NCBI GenBank assembly: GCA_035529375.1
Contig: DATKWU010000009.1
Span: 19,092 to 83,091, forward strand
DNA length: 64,000 nucleotides
Direction: 5' to 3'
Source of the DNA: Patescibacteria group bacterium
GTDB taxonomy: Bacteria > Patescibacteriota > Microgenomatia > PFEM01 > JAHIFH01
The notes under the pieces were generated by a model. The model saw only the letters and a program-made list of their open reading frames with translations, searched no databases and was not told the origin of the DNA. Both the position numbers and the translations under genes were made by a program. Positions within the stretch are counted from its first letter, which is position 1; each line of letters starts with the position of its first letter. This document shows positions 63,704 to 64,000 of the stretch, in pieces.

Positions 63704-64000
63704 ATGTTAAATACATCCTTGGTTCTTCACGCTAATCTTCAATACGCCGAAATTCCTACTGCAGAAATTCCTAAAATTATCAAAGAAAGTTATTTACCTA
63801 CTCTTAAAGGTCTTTTAAAAATTCCCAAATCCAAAATTTCTTTTAACTTTACCGGTGTCACTCTGGAAATTTTGGAAAAGGAATATCCAGAAATAATTGA
63901 TTTAATTAAAAGAGGAATTGAAAAAGGCCAGTTTGAATTGCTGGGTTTTGCTTACTCTCAACCGATTCTTCCTCTTATTCAGGAAGTTGACATTAATCTT
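63704..64000 (+). CDS. N-terminal part of a probable GH57-family glycoside hydrolase (alpha-amylase / glucanotransferase / branching-enzyme type); 3' end lies beyond the window
   Basis: MLNTSLVLHANLQYAEIP... resembles the GH57 N-terminus pattern (LVLHAHLPY). The ORF is open to the window end. Confidence 0.4.
   Translation, partial: MLNTSLVLHANLQYAEIPTAEIPKIIKESYLPTLKGLLKIPKSKISFNFTGVTLEILEKEYPEIIDLIKRGIEKGQFELLGFAYSQPILPLIQEVDINL

Noticed and set aside
1-64000. Search for CRISPR arrays, tRNA/rRNA genes, transposases, integrases or phage genes
   Set aside because: No regularly spaced direct repeats were seen. No intergenic region is long enough for, or resembles, a tRNA; the 88-nt gap 13893-13980 and the 142-nt gap 29986-30127 were read and lack T-loop / acceptor features. 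No ORF has transposase, integrase or recombinase motifs. The window appears to be chromosomal, non-mobile DNA.

Overview
The window is AT-rich and densely coding (about 55 genes, many with 1-26 nt overlaps). Its architecture resembles a small-genome Candidate Phyla Radiation (Patescibacteria-like) bacterium; that assignment is inference. Nearly the whole window (about 1..58100) is one very large cell-envelope glycan and glycoconjugate biosynthesis locus. It contains at least 5 GT4 (GT-B fold) glycosyltransferases, about 10 GT2 (GT-A) glycosyltransferases, three of them DPM1/GtrB/ArnC-like polyprenyl-phosphate sugar transferases, and roughly 14 polytopic GT-C-type membrane proteins. The GT-C group includes three tandem PMT/ArnT-like paralogs, a YfhO homolog, PIG-V/DUF2029-like proteins, and a 1064-aa two-domain fusion. 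It also holds three Wzx/MOP flippases, three SAM-methyltransferase domains, two tandem alkaline-phosphatase-superfamily phosphodiesterases, and RmlC/RmlD-like dTDP-sugar enzymes. The most striking cassette is an SQD1/Agl3-type UDP-sulfoquinovose synthase with a Cys-rich N-terminal extension, followed by a thioredoxin and an NAD-dependent epimerase. Other unusual genes are a circularly-permuted-GTPase::SIS-domain fusion and a stand-alone PEP-utilizing-enzyme mobile-domain protein. The 3' end carries housekeeping genes: TrmD, a LemA/TPM pair, RtcB, and the start of a GH57-like gene. I found no rRNA, tRNA, CRISPR array, transposase or integrase. The novelty candidate I rank highest is a sulfoquinovose-containing, lipid-linked glycosylation system in a CPR-like bacterium; this is inference from gene content only.
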